Source: Hemiscyllium ocellatum (lineage: Eukaryota). Taken from it: 64,000 bases of DNA. Position numbers and translations under genes: made by a program. Where the stretch lies: contig NC_083416.1 of assembly GCF_020745735.1 (NCBI RefSeq), positions 33,319,131 through 33,383,130 on the forward strand, read 5' to 3'. Positions 24,589 to 38,357 of the stretch are shown piece by piece. The notes under the pieces were generated by a model. The model worked only from the letters and a program-made list of their open reading frames with translations, was not told the DNA's origin and ran no database searches. Every line of letters begins with the position of its first letter. Positions within the stretch are counted from its first letter, which is position 1.

Positions 24589-26148
24589 GGACTTTTTTCA
24601 TTGGAAAAAAGAAAGAAGAGAGGGGACCTAATTGAGGTGTAAAAGATAATGAGAGGCATAGATAGAGTTGATAGCCAGTGACTTTTTCCCAGGGCAGAAA
24701 ATATTAACATGAGGGGGTCATAGTTTTCAGCTGTTTGGCGGAAAGTATAGAGGGGATGTCAGAAGCAGGTTCTTTACACAGAGAATTGCGAGAGCATTGA
24801 ATGCAATGCCAGCAGCAATTGTGGAAGCGAGGTCATTGGGGATATTTAAGAGACTTTTGGACATGCATATGGTCACAGAAATTTGAGGGTTTGTACCTTA
24901 GGTTTATCTTACATGAGGATCAATGGTAGGCACAACATCGTGGGCTGAAGGGCCTGTTCTGTGCTGTACTGTTCAATGTTCTATGTTCTATGTAACTCAA
25001 GGCTTCAAATTGGCAAGCGGCTCCCCTATAGCCTATCTCTGATTCACGGCCAGTTCAGCGACAGGCCCACTCATCTGGAAGTGTAACATGAAGATGGGCA
25101 TAGCAGGGGATTGGTATTGGTTGGTTTGCAGTGTTGGTTGTAAAATTCTGCTCGGCATTTAGCACCTTCATTGACCCAGAAAGACTAATTTTATATTTAT
25201 AGAATCACAAATGTCTCCATTATGTTGAAAGATTCCCATATTTTGAAATGTGTTGACACTGGACCTTTTACTAATGAATGCAGCCTCAGACATATCACAA
25301 AGAGACAGCAGGAGATTTTAAGTGCTGCATGAGTAATGATACATTGTGCTCACAGCCCCAAACCATCCAAGAAAGGTAACATTGTGTAAAAGAGCATTGT
25401 GCATTAGTTGCAACCTACTTACAGTATAGAGTGGCAGGAAATCAATTCCATACTCCTGTGCAACATTTGAGATCTTGCATTAGCTTTGTGCTTTGTGGCC
25501 TCCTGGCGCCACTGTTAAGATCACTTCTGCTTCACAGAGATGGCTATCTTCAAACTACAATGATTAATGGCATGGTCAAGATTGTTTGTAACATGCAGTT
25601 GCAACCCACAGAGAGCACATTTCACATGCAGGATAATATGATTGCAAGGGATTTGCAGTGTATCATACAAATGATTGATGCTAATGCCCCTGGAAGGACC
25701 TCCTGACACTCAAAGGTGGACCCTGCATATGTGGAGAGAAGGGGAAAAAAACTGGTGTGATCATGGGGATTTTCCATTTGGAGTTCACATTTAAGATTCA
25801 ATATAATTATGAAATGCAGGTCATGCTCCATGGTGACCTCTAATAAACCACCTCCTGCAGTATCCCATGTCCTCCCATGCAATTATGTCCCCCACTTAAC
25901 TGTTGAATTTGCATTCCTCCTACTGTCCTTGTTCCCTCTTTTTCCCAGATTTATCCCTCTACTCCCAAGTAATGAAATTACCCATTTCCCTACCTCAGTA
26001 GTGTCAGATTCTAACAACTGTCCATCTTATTTTGCCTCCCAGAGCTGTGGATAAGCTGACATTGTTCTCATGATAAGTGATATCTTGGACAGAATGGAAC
26101 GTGCATGTATGTAAATTTGCTAACTGCGAATAGATGTGTGGCAGGATT

Positions 26149-26900
26149 TCACTGCACTTTTTTCCATGCCTCATTTATTTCTTCCTGTACATTCTGTCCA
26201 ACAGTGCAAGTACTGTTAAGAGGTTTGTAACTGACACCCACAAATGATCTCTTACCTTTCCTATTTCTTATCTCTACTCCTATTCTACACCTTGTGTTTT
26301 TTGAGTTCAAGTTATCTTCCACAACTGTAATAATCACATCCTTAACTCACGAGACACCCAACCATCATTCCCTTGATTCTTATTTTTCCAAAGTTCCACT
26401 CATGTTTATTTTTAATAATCAACAAGTTAAATTTATTTATTTTTAAGTGTGCGTACAATTCACCAATCTTATTATGATTGCTGCACAAACGTTTAAAAAC
26501 ACTTGCCTTATCTGCCAGAGTACTATTAAATTTAGATTCTCTTTCCTTCCTGCCATACTTAATTTATTGTTACTATGCTGCTTTGCTGCTTTGTTTTCCT
26601 TTGATATCCCACGTCACCTTTAACATGATTCCCTCCTCTATCTTTTACATTAAAGCCTTTCCTACTCCTGGAGTTTTATATAAATCACCTGAGCACTGGT
26701 TGCTGCATGATTTGGGTGAAGACCATCCATTGATACTACTCCTGCTTTCCCCAATATGTTTCCAGTAACCCATGAATCAAAACCATTTCTCGCATACAAA
26801 ACTTTGATCCATGCATTCATCTCTCTAACCTTATTTATCCTATGCCAATTCGCTAGTGGCTTGATCAAGTGATCTGGAGATTATTACCTTTTGAGGTTTT
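26149..26900 (-). mobile_element. Old CR1 ORF1 esterase / APE remnant
   Basis: REMNAWIK...DGLHPN (SGNH) and VEIRNRKGKRSFVGVSYKPLNS (APE). Confidence 0.75.
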
Positions 26901-29309
26901 GCTCTTTTAGTCCTTAGTTGCACATTATCACTAAAGAGAATCATCTAAAAGCTGACAACAGTCAGTTCTGTCTGAAAAAACGAAATGGACATTATGACCT
27001 GATAAGTGTTATGTTTAGTCTGGAGGGCTATAAGGCAACTGAATGAAAGATAATGTACTGCTCCAGAAATTTATGTTGATTAGAATAGCATGGGAAGCCA
27101 TGTACAGATCATAATGGGAGTATGTTGGAGAATTAAAAGAGTGAGACTATCAGATTGAAAAACATGAACTGAAAACATACGGAGTCAAAATCAGAAAATA
27201 GTAATCCAAATTAAATCAAGCATAGAAAGCAAAATGAGGACTCAGAAAGACATGGAATCTAGACTGAGACAAAAGAGAAACAGAAACACACAGATATATA
27301 CATTCAAAATCCCGAACATTAACAATTTTGAAGGAGTCAGACCAACAACAAATTACATTTTTAGACCCAATAAGTTGTATGTGGTAGCTATTACTTTCCA
27401 TACCATTAAATGTTTTCCTGTCAAGTACATGAACAATAGCTTAATGGCACTAATGGGAGGTAATGGGCAAGTATTGCCAAGATCAGACCATTCCACTTGC
27501 TTTAATGTAGATTCTATCAGTGAGGAAGGTTACATGCCCCGGTGGAGGAGCACCTGCAGATTTCTGCTCTAAACTGCACAAATCTGGATCTAGAGTTTGC
27601 TGTTTAATTTAGTCCAAACAAACCATAAGCACAGTTGCTGTCACCATGATTATAAACACAAATCAGAATTAAAAACTTTATCTAACTGCAGTAATGAGCT
27701 CTTGTCACTGGATGGCACTATCAGATGAACTTTAATCACTTCCCATGTACTGATGTTGGTTTCCATTTTGAGGTATAAGTAAAAGGTGAGTGTTAATAAC
27801 TGTTTTTATTTTGTTTTGGTGATTATATGACCATCCAATTTTGAGATTCTAGTCACCTTAGTTAATTGAATGACGAGTACATTCTCTGGCTATGTGGCCA
27901 TTTTGGAGAAAAAACACAGATACAAAGTGACTTTCCCACATGGTATGAGCTCCTGATAGCCCACACCACAGCACCCCAACACCATCATCTTAAACCTGAT
28001 GGCAGGATCCTGAAGACCACAGGGAAATCCTGCTCTAATTTGTGAGTGACTCTGATTGCTAATCCTTCCAAACCAACCGTGCATCTATTAGTTTTGTTTG
28101 CGAAAAGAATTATAAATGAAAAATGATGCATGTTTCTGTAAATCACTTCTGTAATACTTAGATAGCAGAAAAGGTGCATAAGCAATTGGCATATGATATT
28201 TGAAAGAGACTGGGTGGTGAATTCGACCACTCCATACTACATTCAGTGTTCATCCAGATGATACCAAATAAGACCTTGCCAGGAAACATCACCCGTGTTT
28301 TGAAGTTCAAATTCCATTACCACTCTATGCGTAATTAATTAATCATGAGACAAGTATTCAGTATGTTTCAAATGCAAGCTAAGGTGAAAACTGTTGCACA
28401 TTTTGGCATCAAGTGTGTTAATTAAGAATTGTGTTGATAAGGGTGAAGTGAGATATGTGAAGATCGAAAAGTGATGAAGGTGTTTTAGGACTATGGAAGG
28501 CGATTGGTGTACATTAGACAAAATGTACTCAATCTTGGCCTGGGTTCAATGTGACAAAGGACTTTACTGTAGTGAGGGAGTTGTATTATGAAGGTGAAGA
28601 CTGTGATGGTTTTTCGGGTGGTGAAAAGAAGATTGGGAGAGTATACTGCACTTGCACTATCTTCCGCACTGTTTGATCAGTTACACATTGGAAAGATTTG
28701 GGAATCAGGGCCAGCAAAATGATGCTGGTGTCCGGTTTGCTGGAAGGAAGACTTATTATTGTGAATCCCCAGTTTTGGACTCCTTTGATTAGGGCTTGGA
28801 GATCTTCAGTCAGTTTGTGAGCTATTTTGGCACAGTGCCCAGTGAACGCAGCAAGTACTATAAACTGACACTGTGGGTGAGTAATGGACAGAGTTTGGCA
28901 GCAAAACCATCAGTTCATCACTTGTCTTGCTGATGGACAGTGATCTGATGTTACTTGAAATCTGTTGAATCTTTTAAAGAACAATAAGGCTGAAACTTAC
29001 ATGTTTATTTGATAAGTATGAGTTGTGTTGAATGTCTTGGGGGGATTCTCACAACAATGCCAATGAGTGTTCTTGCCATTGCTTACCAAAACATACCTCA
29101 ATAATGACCTACCCCACCTCTAAGGTATCCTTCACATTCAATTCTAACTCCATCTTATCATGTACCACTCCCGGAACCACTCAACACTTACCAGGTATCT
29201 GCCAAAAGATGAGCATCTCTTCTGTTGCACCATCTTTAAAAGGTCATTGTACGTTCAGAAAAGGACAGTCAGTCTGAATGCCCTGCTTGGTTCCTCACAT
29301 TGGCCCCAT

Positions 29310-29535
29310 ACATTGTAGATAGGGAGAAATCAGCACAGAGATCCTGCTGGAAGGTGTACTACAGATGCAGGGCATCCTCTTCCCCTATGACCTACAGTAG
29401 AGGTCATGACCCCAGATCATGCCAACTAAATTCCAGGTTGCTATCTGGCTTAAAGCAGTCTCAGCCTTTTGGAGGATTTTCCAAGTGCTGTAAGAAGAAG
29501 GTAAATAACACTCTTCATTCAGCTAGTACAAGTCC
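29310..29535 (+). mobile_element. PIF/Harbinger Myb/SANT-like accessory gene relic
   Basis: Frameshifted EILLEGVLQMQGILFP...VAIWLKAVS...CCKKKVNNTLHSA resembles the trihelix (QCRKKxNDL) domain of Harbinger second ORFs. Confidence 0.5.
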
Positions 29536-30997
29536 TATCATCGCTCTCATACCTCATACTGACTCCATCCCTCCTCCTATACCCACTTGCCTCTGAGGAT
29601 CATGCCCTACCACTCTCACTATTGCCTGCAATATCTTCCATCACGTGGCCCGACAACACCAACCCTGCATGCCCTCTGTGCTGCCTACTGACTTGCCTGG
29701 GACATCTCCCCACCAGCACCAAAATTCATATCTGTGCTGTCCATGTTCATCTGCTTTAAACCTATGTCTCTCTCATTCAAAGTAGAAAACAGCCCCCGTT
29801 TGAGAGGAATAGCCAGGACGGGTAATGTGTTGCCATACAATTCTCTCACCTGATGTGTAGAGGATCCTGATACATACTGCCTGAATTGGCTGTCTGACCA
29901 TGTTCAAGCCCCTGGACAGATATTGGAGGGTGCCTTGGCTTACTGTGCAAGTACCCCTGAGTGAAGGCTATCTTCTAGTCTTGACTGAAGCCTGCCAACC
30001 TCCCTTCCTCTGTAACCACAATAAATGGAAAGGAAATACAGTGGCATTCTGAGCCTGGTATTTATGGCTGAGGGAGCAAAGTGCAAAAAAAGTAAGGGGA
30101 GGCAAAACAAGCCCACATGGGTAAGCTCAGAATGAGGAGCTCTATGACAGAGCCAGAGATGCAGCTTGATCCAGTCCAAGCACACAGTGTCCTCCCAGCA
30201 GCATTACGATGATAATTATTCAAGGGGCAGCGTTGAAGCATAAAAGTGTCCTGTAAGTGGATCGGAGATGTGCCATGAGGCCTCATCGAGGCTGCCATGT
30301 GTCAGATGCCAAAGTCCGTAGAGTGGATTGTGGCTGATGCCCGTGGGGCATACACTGAGATGTTGGTCCTCAGTGTCCAACTTGGAGATCCTTTGGAACA
30401 AGGAGAAAGTTGAATTTGCCATGTACCTACTCTAATTTCCATGTGGAGATTTCCCAATGTTGAGCTGGTTTGGCAAGTTTGGTGAATATTAGTGAGCTAA
30501 GTTGTGGTATGAACAAGATTTTTAACAAGTTTTATTACCTATTAATTGGCAACTCACCATGCTACTCAGCAAGCACTCAGCAGTAAGATGCTTCCAATGC
30601 TCCCAATGTTGAGATAGGCTTTGTCAGACTTCCTGCCTGATTCCATCACAAATCTCGTTATAGCCCACATCCCTTGAACCCTGATAAGATTCCATCCACA
30701 GAGTTATTACACAGAATTCTGGCTGATACAGTCAGCAACTTACACAATTTCGATATTCATGTATTAGGGATGCGCAATAAATATCTGCCTTGCCACTTCA
30801 TATGAGTACATAAAAACTCAAAACACAAGGGTTATGCCAGAATTCTGAGGAATGTCAAAAAAGGAATCTTTACACTTAATGGAAATATCAATCATGTCTA
30901 GAAACAAAAGTGATAACATGAAGGTTAAAATAGGCAAGGAATGTGAAGTTAAGCAAGATTGGGGAAAATAATGTAGTACATTTCAGAATCTTCTATT

Positions 30998-31432
30998 AGT
31001 CATAGAGCCATAGAGTCACTGAGATGTACAGCACGGAAACAGGTCCTTCAGTCCAAATCATCCATGCCGACCAGATATCCCGACCCAATCTAATCCCACC
31101 TGCCAGCACTTGGCCCATATCCCTCCAAATCTTGCAGTTCATATACCCATCCAGATGCCTTTTAAATGGCACAATTGTACTAGCCTCCACCACTTCCTCT
31201 GGTAACCCATTCCACACACGCACCACCTTCTGTGTGAAAGAGTTGCCCCTTAGGTATCTTTTGTAGCTTTCTCCTCTCACTCTAAACCTATGTCCTCTAG
31301 TTCTGGATTCCTCCACCCCATGGAAAAGACCTTGTCTATTTATTCTATCCATGCCCCTCATGATTTTATAAACCTCAATAAGGTCACACAGCAGCCTCTG
31401 ACGCTCCAGTGAAAACAGCCTATCGCCTTCAA
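30998..31432 (-). mobile_element. CR1 3' fragment
   Basis: LFSLERQRL..DLIEVYKIMRG..WNGLPEEVVEA and a ctatgact-type tail. Confidence 0.92.
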
Positions 31433-31878
31433 CTTCTTCTGCCCATAACAGCAGCATGAAGGAAGGAAAGCACAGAGGAATAAAGCATACTTGAGAAAGT
31501 TTTACTTTAGACAACAAACATCATAAACAAGCTTTTTGCTCAGGCTGTCCTCCAAATACATATAATTTATTTCACATGATGGAAAGGCCCTATTTTCATG
31601 TTCCCCCAGATTTGACTTTATGAAGAAAAAAGACGAAACCCTATTATGCTTTGAATTTATGCTTCATGCTCAAATTTGACAGCCATCAATGTTAAATGAT
31701 TCATTCACCTTTGAAGCTTCTGATAGTTGAATATTGATGACACCAGGCCACCCACATTACCATTTCATGGAAAACAAAACAAAGGACCAAAATAGAGTAG
31801 TCAATTGTTTTAAATTACCTTCACAATTGATCAAAATTGAAAATGCAAGGTCAAGGACTCCTTAATAAATTAAATGCT

Positions 31879-32102
31879 TAGAGTGTAGGTTTGCTCGCTG
31901 AGCTGTAGGTTTGATATCCAGATGTTTCATTCCCTGGCTAGGTAACATCATCAGTGGCGACCTCCAAGTGGAGGTCTTGGAGGTCGCCACTGATGATGTT
32001 ACCTAGCCAGGTAATGAAACGTCTGGATATCAAACTTACAGCTCAGCGAGCAAACCTACACCCTAAACCTCAACCTCAGCTACAAACCTTCACAAACCTT
32101 GC
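31879..32102 (+). mobile_element. Short fold-back PLE, family D
   Basis: About 85-bp inverted arms around a tiny loop, plus a ~40-nt tail. 12-bp TSD AAATTAAATGCT at 31867-31878 and 32103-32114. Confidence 0.9.
31987..32026 (+). ncRNA. Minimal hammerhead ribozyme motif (family D; mirror copy 31918-31957, minus)
   Basis: CCA-CTGATGA-T-GTTACCT-AGCC-AGGTAAT-GAA-ACGT-C-TGG. Confidence 0.82.
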
Positions 32103-34840
32103 AAATTAAATGCTGCAACAGCGGGGTAATTTTGTTTTTCTTTTTAAAGGGGTCTCCTTTGTTATGCTTTTCAAGAGTTCATTTTGCACTATCACCAACT
32201 CATGTATTAGATGATCCAGTCAGATACTAACAATTGCTTCTGTATTTGAGTTGATATAAGAGGGATTTGGACTTACATAGAATTTGAAGAATTTATCAAT
32301 AGCCTGAAGAATTATTAATTATCCATTAAAGCTAAATTCACAGTGCACCAAGAAAAGCATTAATTACTTAGAAACCATAGTACTTTAAGTTTTACAAGAC
32401 ATCAGGCAAAAGGTAGAAATAAATGGTTTTCTAAATAGCTGAACACTTCTATACACAATAAGCCTTCACTCTAATCATATCTTCCACAGACTGGTGAGTT
32501 CACAATTCATGAGCTTCCGTCACATCTGCACAAAGTTGGAAGATTTTAACCAGGCAGTAACTATCCTTTCTATTAAACTAATATGTCAACCATAGGTTTC
32601 ATTTTAACAATGGCACTGTACACATTATAACAGCATTTCCCCCATATGTGGTCCTAAGCTTGAAATTCAATATTCATGTTTTTAAGGATTCATTTTCTCA
32701 ATGATTTCAAATTTTCCCTCTTCTCTCTCCCCATGCAACCTGCCTCTCCCCAACCCATTCCCCTCTTGCTTTCGTCTGCCCAAAACTGCCTTCCACAACC
32801 TCCTCTCCTCAATCTGGAAAGGAAAATCCAATTCATAACCTAAAGTGTCATAAGAAAATATTCAAGTTTTGCCAGCTCATACCAAAATGCGATGAATAGA
32901 ATGTGAAGGCATCCTCCAAGTCCTTTGAGAATATAGTGGTACAAATTAATTGGCCAAAGGGAACCTGGAGATGGCTCATTCGATATAAGTTGATAGGTAA
33001 ATGACAGGAAATGATGCTTCCTTGTCAGAGGAAGCTTTTAGGGGATTATGCCCCTGTAAAGTAAAACTGTAGGGCCCAAGACGAATAGGGTAAATGTTTT
33101 GGAAATTTAAAAAAATCACAGCCTGGGCAAATGTACATTTAATTTGAAAGAGTTAAGCAAAGTAATATTGACAGGTAGACATGAGCATTAGAAGTTGAAA
33201 CAATGTATGAAGCTCTTAGAGATGTTATGCTCTTAGGGAAATTTAAAAACCTATACTGAGGATCAAATGGTTGCAACTGATAATCTTCAGCCATTACTGC
33301 TGATTGTCTTTGAGCTGACATATAAAACTAAACCTTTTCTCTGTCATCTTTATGAATTTGAACGGATAAAAAAAAGGAGTGTCTAAGGAAATCAACTAGC
33401 CAGTGTGAAGAATGGATAGCAATGAATATCCTAAAATCTCCTCCTCAGATCAGTACTGAGGGTGGAAGTGAAAATCAAAAGTCAAAGATTTTCCATTGTA
33501 ACCATGTGCGACACATTCATTCAGAATGCTGGAAGTTATAAGGGAACTCCCTTGGAATTATTAGAGTATGGAAAAATGAGTCCAAAAAGGGAACTCAAAA
33601 AGAAAGTACCACTGATTTAATTGCAGTTGTAACCACAAGTCAATGACCACAGATAAGCACTGTAATGTGTGTCAAATCAATACATAGGTTTGGTGAGAGA
33701 TGTAAAGGATTTTTGTCTAAAGAAAAGATTACCTTTTTTTTCTTCAAAATGTATAACTCAGCCAATAACTATACCAAAGAGTACAGGAGCTGCTCAAACC
33801 CCTTTCCTGGTGAAGGATTCATTTTTCCCTCAAGGTAATTCAATAAAAAAAGTGTTAGATAAATTGGTTAGGTACTGTATATCCCACTTCCATTGTACAA
33901 ATATCAAACAGAGCGTGATTTGTTTTCTGCAGCAGTCATAATCAGGTCATTAAGAAATGACTCATGGATGAGTGCATTTACTCACACAGAATGATTTGGG
34001 TGGAGTGAAGGCTATAACTTCATCCATAATCATGCAAAGTCTGTGTGAGGCTAAAGAGATAGAATAGTTGTAAGAACTTGTTCCAGGTGTTTTTTTCATC
34101 ATGTATAATGTCCAAAGCAACATCTAAACAATGTCACAGTGATCCCTCAAGCACACGAAGGGTCGCTGAATTTCTATTTAAGAATGAGAATAATTCGAAA
34201 TAAGTGCTTGGCAAGGTTTTTTTAATTCAGGCTCAGGAAGTAGATCCAAAGTTAAATAGATTGACACAGATAGCTTGTGCTGAAGGCTAAAGGCATTCCA
34301 GAATGTAATCATATTAAAATGAGTCTGAGTTTTGATGAGCAAGTGGACACTCTGACAGACCTGCAGAGGAAGAATAAATGGCTGTTTACCAAATAGAAGT
34401 ACCACCCAGATAGTGTAAGGAATTATTGGAATAGCACACAAAGCTCTTACAGAAGGGCCTATAGTAATATGAAAAATGCAAGCATCTATAAACAGGTATT
34501 TTACATGACCAAGATTTCGGAAGACACTACCATTGTGTAAAATGTGCCATATACATCATGTAGCAGGAAAATCTCGACATGTAATTAAACTAGCACCTTT
34601 GATACCCATGTCAGTTCTTGAAGAACTATTTTGTTGAGTGATAGTCAAGCATGTAGGACCATTACCAAAAACAAAAGCAGATCACCGATATATTACAATT
34701 AAGAATATGACAACCTCATTTCCAGGACCTATTCTTTTAAGCACCATTACACTTAGTGGAAAAGTCAATGCAGTTTTTAAAAACTCATCGTGAACTACCA
34801 ATTGAAATACGACCTGATCAGGATTATACTTTGTCTAAAT

Positions 34841-35305
34841 TAGTGATTCTCAACCATTTTTTGGCATGGTCACCCAAAAGTTCTTCTCAGGTTCCTAACA
34901 GAGATACATGAACAGACAGACAGAAAATCAATTTATTATTGAACACCAAGAAAACTTGGATGTTCCAACATTCTGGAAAAAACTTTTAAAAAAAGGCTGG
35001 TATGAAAATAAACATCTGTCGGGCCTAACGCGATCCTTGAGCTTGGTGCTTTTCTGCAAGTTTCATGATTTTCAAATTAGACAATGACAGTTGGAGGTCA
35101 CCTCTTGTTGTGAGATATCAATTCTTATCCTGGATTTTGGCAAGAAAACTAGCTTGCAGAATCTGTTCTCAACCAAATATATTGAGGGAAAGGCAATAAT
35201 CCCATAAACTCTTGGGGCTACCCTTCTCACAGTTTGCAGTCTGTGTTTCTCTTCAAATGTGCCAGGACCCTGAAGGGGGCCATATGGCCCCATTGAAAAT
35301 GGCTG
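34841..35305. mobile_element. Non-autonomous hAT-type DNA transposon (MITE)
   Basis: 8-bp TSD GTCTAAA(T/G) at 34833-34840 and 35306-35313. Imperfect TIRs TAGTGATTCTCAA / CAGCCATTTTCAA. Interrupts the integrase core just after the DQ(G) motif. Confidence 0.75.
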
Positions 35306-36464
35306 GTCTAAAGTATCAACAGTTAGATCTAAAAGAACTGAAGTCAGCTGTGTATTATCTGCAAATACAGAGGACATTGGGTAGATTCTATTAGATTCTC
35401 AAAACCTGGTCCTGGCATACTGTCACGAATACCCACAGAATAGGGACAAAATGTTAGATTTATTATTATTTTCTACCAGTGATTCCCCAACTGAATTCAT
35501 TAGGTTCAATTTCAACTGATTTACAATCTTGAGATTAGAGGAACATTGAAACTGATCAGGGGAAGTTCTTGAAACTAAAAGATCATTGCTGAATATTGAA
35601 TTACACGTCCACATTTCTAGAAATACCCAGAGGAGTATGTAGGGTAGCACAGGAGCATTGCAAGGTTTCATAGGAATGCAAGCTTTCAAAATGAAGGAAT
35701 GGGAAGTCAAATATTCCATAACTAGAATGGTTCAAGTAGGAGATGATGTATGGATGTTGTGTGAGGAAAACTTCTAAAACTGGAACTCAGTGATCCATAC
35801 AAGGTAGTTATTAAGGTTAGTGAACTGACTTATCTGATGGATACTCCTGATCATAGGATGAAGAATTGGTCATGCCACATAAACATCTAGAGTGAGTTGG
35901 AAGAAGACATAGCCTTAGGAGCTTCACGTGCTATTGGATAATTTCCTTATACTATCTGGGTGGTACCGGTATTCAATAAACAGCCATGTGTTCTTTGCCT
36001 GCAGGTCTGTGAGAGGATTTATGTTCTTATCAGTTTCAAAGTGAACCTCTTGCAACTAGCCAAATCAGAAATACTGGACAGTAAACCATTATAGTTATAT
36101 TTAGAGGAAGGACAGCAGGTGGATATTGTAAGATTAGTGAGAAAGTATGAAATAATCTGTACAGATACACCTGATGTACTACATTAGCTAGAAATGATAT
36201 AGATGTTGAAGAATCTGTGCAAATAATAAATTCACATCCTAATTGGTTGAACTCAGAATAACAAGTGGAAACAGAAGCTATATATGGTGAAAAATCATTT
36301 TATTGAATCAAGTCAAAGCTGGTGAAGTTCACGAGTAGTGTTAGTTCCCAAACTGGATGGATGAACTAGATTCTGCAAAGACTGCAGAAAGGTAAACAGA
36401 GTCATAGAGATGTACAGCATGGATACAGACCCTTCGACCCAACCCGTCCATGCCAACCAGATAT

Positions 36465-36672
36465 GATGCTGGAAAAGCGCAGCAGGTCAGGCAGCATCCA
36501 AGGAGCAGGAGAATCGACGTTTCGGGCATAAGCCCTTCTTCAGCCATTCCTGAAGAAGGGCTTATGCCCGAAACATCGATTCTCCTGCTCCTTGGATGCT
36601 GCCTGACTTGCTGCACTTTTTCAGCAGCACATTTTTCAGCTCTGATCTCCAGCATCTGCAGTCCTCACTTTC
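36465..36672 (+). mobile_element. Short fold-back PLE, family B, in the CR1 3' UTR; hammerhead motifs at ~36512-36545 (minus) and 36546-36580 (plus)
   Basis: 18-bp TSD TCCATGCC(A/G)ACCAGATAT at 36447-36464 and 36673-36690. Both arms read CTGAAGA-A-GGGC-TTAT-GCCC-GAAAC. Confidence 0.9.
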
Positions 36673-38357
36673 TCCATGCCGACCAGATATCCCAATCCAA
36701 TCTAGTCCCACCAGCCAGCACCCGGCCCATATCCCTCAAACCCTTTCTATGCATATAGTCCACTAAATTTCTCTTAAATATAGCAATTGTGCCAGCCTCT
36801 ACCACTTCCTCTGATAGCTCATTCCATACACGTACCACCCTCTGTGTGAAAAAGTTGCCCCTTAGTTCTCTTTTATATCTTTCCCCTCTCACCCTAAACC
36901 TATGCCCTCTAGTTCCCAGAGAAAAGACTTTGTCTATTTACCCTATCCATGCTGCTCATAATTTTGTAAACCTCTACAAGGTCACCACTCAGCCTCCGAA
37001 ACTCCAGGAAAAACAGCCCCAGCCTGTTCAGCCTCTCCCTTTAGCTCAAATCCTCCAACCCTGGCAACATCCTTGTAAATCTTTTCTGAACCCTTTCAAC
37101 TTTCACATCTTTCCGATAGGAAGGAGACCAGAATTGCATGCAATATTCCAACAGTGGCCTAACCAAAGTCCTGTACAGCTGCAACATGACCTACCAACTC
37201 CTGTACTCAATACGCTGACCAATAAAAGAAAGCATGACAAACACCTTCTTCACTATCTTCTTCCTATCTACCTGTGACTCCACTTTCAAGGAGCTATGAA
37301 CCTGCACTCCAAGGTCTCTTTGTTCAGCAACACTTCCTAGGACTTTACCATTAAGTGCATAAGTCCTGCTAAGATTTGCTTTCCCAAAATGCAGCACTGA
37401 AATAAACTCCATCTGCCACTTCTCAGGCCATTGGCCCATCTGGTCAAGATCCTGTTGTAACCTGTGGTAACCCTCTTCGCTGTCCACTACACCTCCAATT
37501 TTGGTGTCATCTGTAAACTTACTAACTGTTCCTCTTATGCTCACATCCAAATCATTTATGTAAATGACAAAAAATAGAGGACCCTTGTGGCATTCCACTG
37601 GTCACAGGCCTCCAGTCTGAAAAACAACCCTCCACCACCACCATCTGTCTTCTACCTTTAAGCCAGTTCTGTATCCAAATGGCTAGTTCTCTCTGTATTC
37701 TGTGAGATCTAACCTTGCTAATCAGTCTCCCATGGGGAACCTTGTCGAACACCTTACTGAAGTCCATATAGATCACATCTACTGCTCTGCCCTCATCAAT
37801 CCTCTTTGTTACTTCTTCAAAAAACTCAATCAAGTTTGTGAGACATGATTTCCCACGCACAAAGCCATGTTGACTATCCTAATCAGTCCTTACCTTTCCA
37901 AATATATGTATATCCTGTCCCTCAGGATTCCCTCCAACAACTTGCCCACCACTGACATCAGGCTCACTGGTCTATATTTCCCTGGCTTGTCCTTACCACC
38001 CTTCTTAAACAGTGGCACCACATTAGCCAACTTCCAGTCTTCCGGCACCTCACCTGTGACTATCAATGATACAAATATCTCAGCAACAGGTCCAGCAGTC
38101 ACATTTCTAGCTTCCCACAGAGTTCTAGGGTATACCTGATCAGGTCCTAGGGATTTTTCCACCTTTATGCGTTTCAAGATATCCAGCACTTCCTCCTCTG
38201 TAATATGGACATTTTGCAAGGTGTCACCATTTATTTCCCTACATTCTATATCTTCCACATCCTTTTCCACAGTAAATACTGATGCAAAATACTTGTTTAG
38301 TATCTCCCACATTTTCTGTGGTTCCACACAAAGGCCCCCTTGCTGATCTTTGAGGAG

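Larger units (their letters stand above)
20215..24993 (+). mobile_element. Near full-length CR1 LINE (ORF1 Zn-finger/zipper/SGNH esterase; ORF2 APE plus RT), frameshifted
   Basis: ORF1 starts at ATG 20592 (CPSC..CGKC, ELELELDEL, VVGDSIVR, HIGTND, HLN). ORF2 has APE (YYRPP, VMGDFD, SDH) and RT (SQHGF, GVPQGSVLGP, FADD). Tail is (ctatgtt)n. Confidence 0.96.

Noticed and set aside
25430-30600. Further decayed fragments (possible Harbinger ~25500-25900 and ~29900-30600, PLE ~27010-27190 and ~29020-29290, LINE ~28400-28900)
   Set aside because: Resemblance only. They are too degraded to assign a family or boundaries by eye.
2463-32102. Short palindromic elements read as DNA-transposon MITEs, pre-miRNAs or terminators
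   Set aside because: Variable 9-18 bp TSDs, a one-sided tail, hammerhead cores and identity with the ends of RT/GIY-YIG-coding elements indicate PLE retrotransposition. Small-RNA production is untested.
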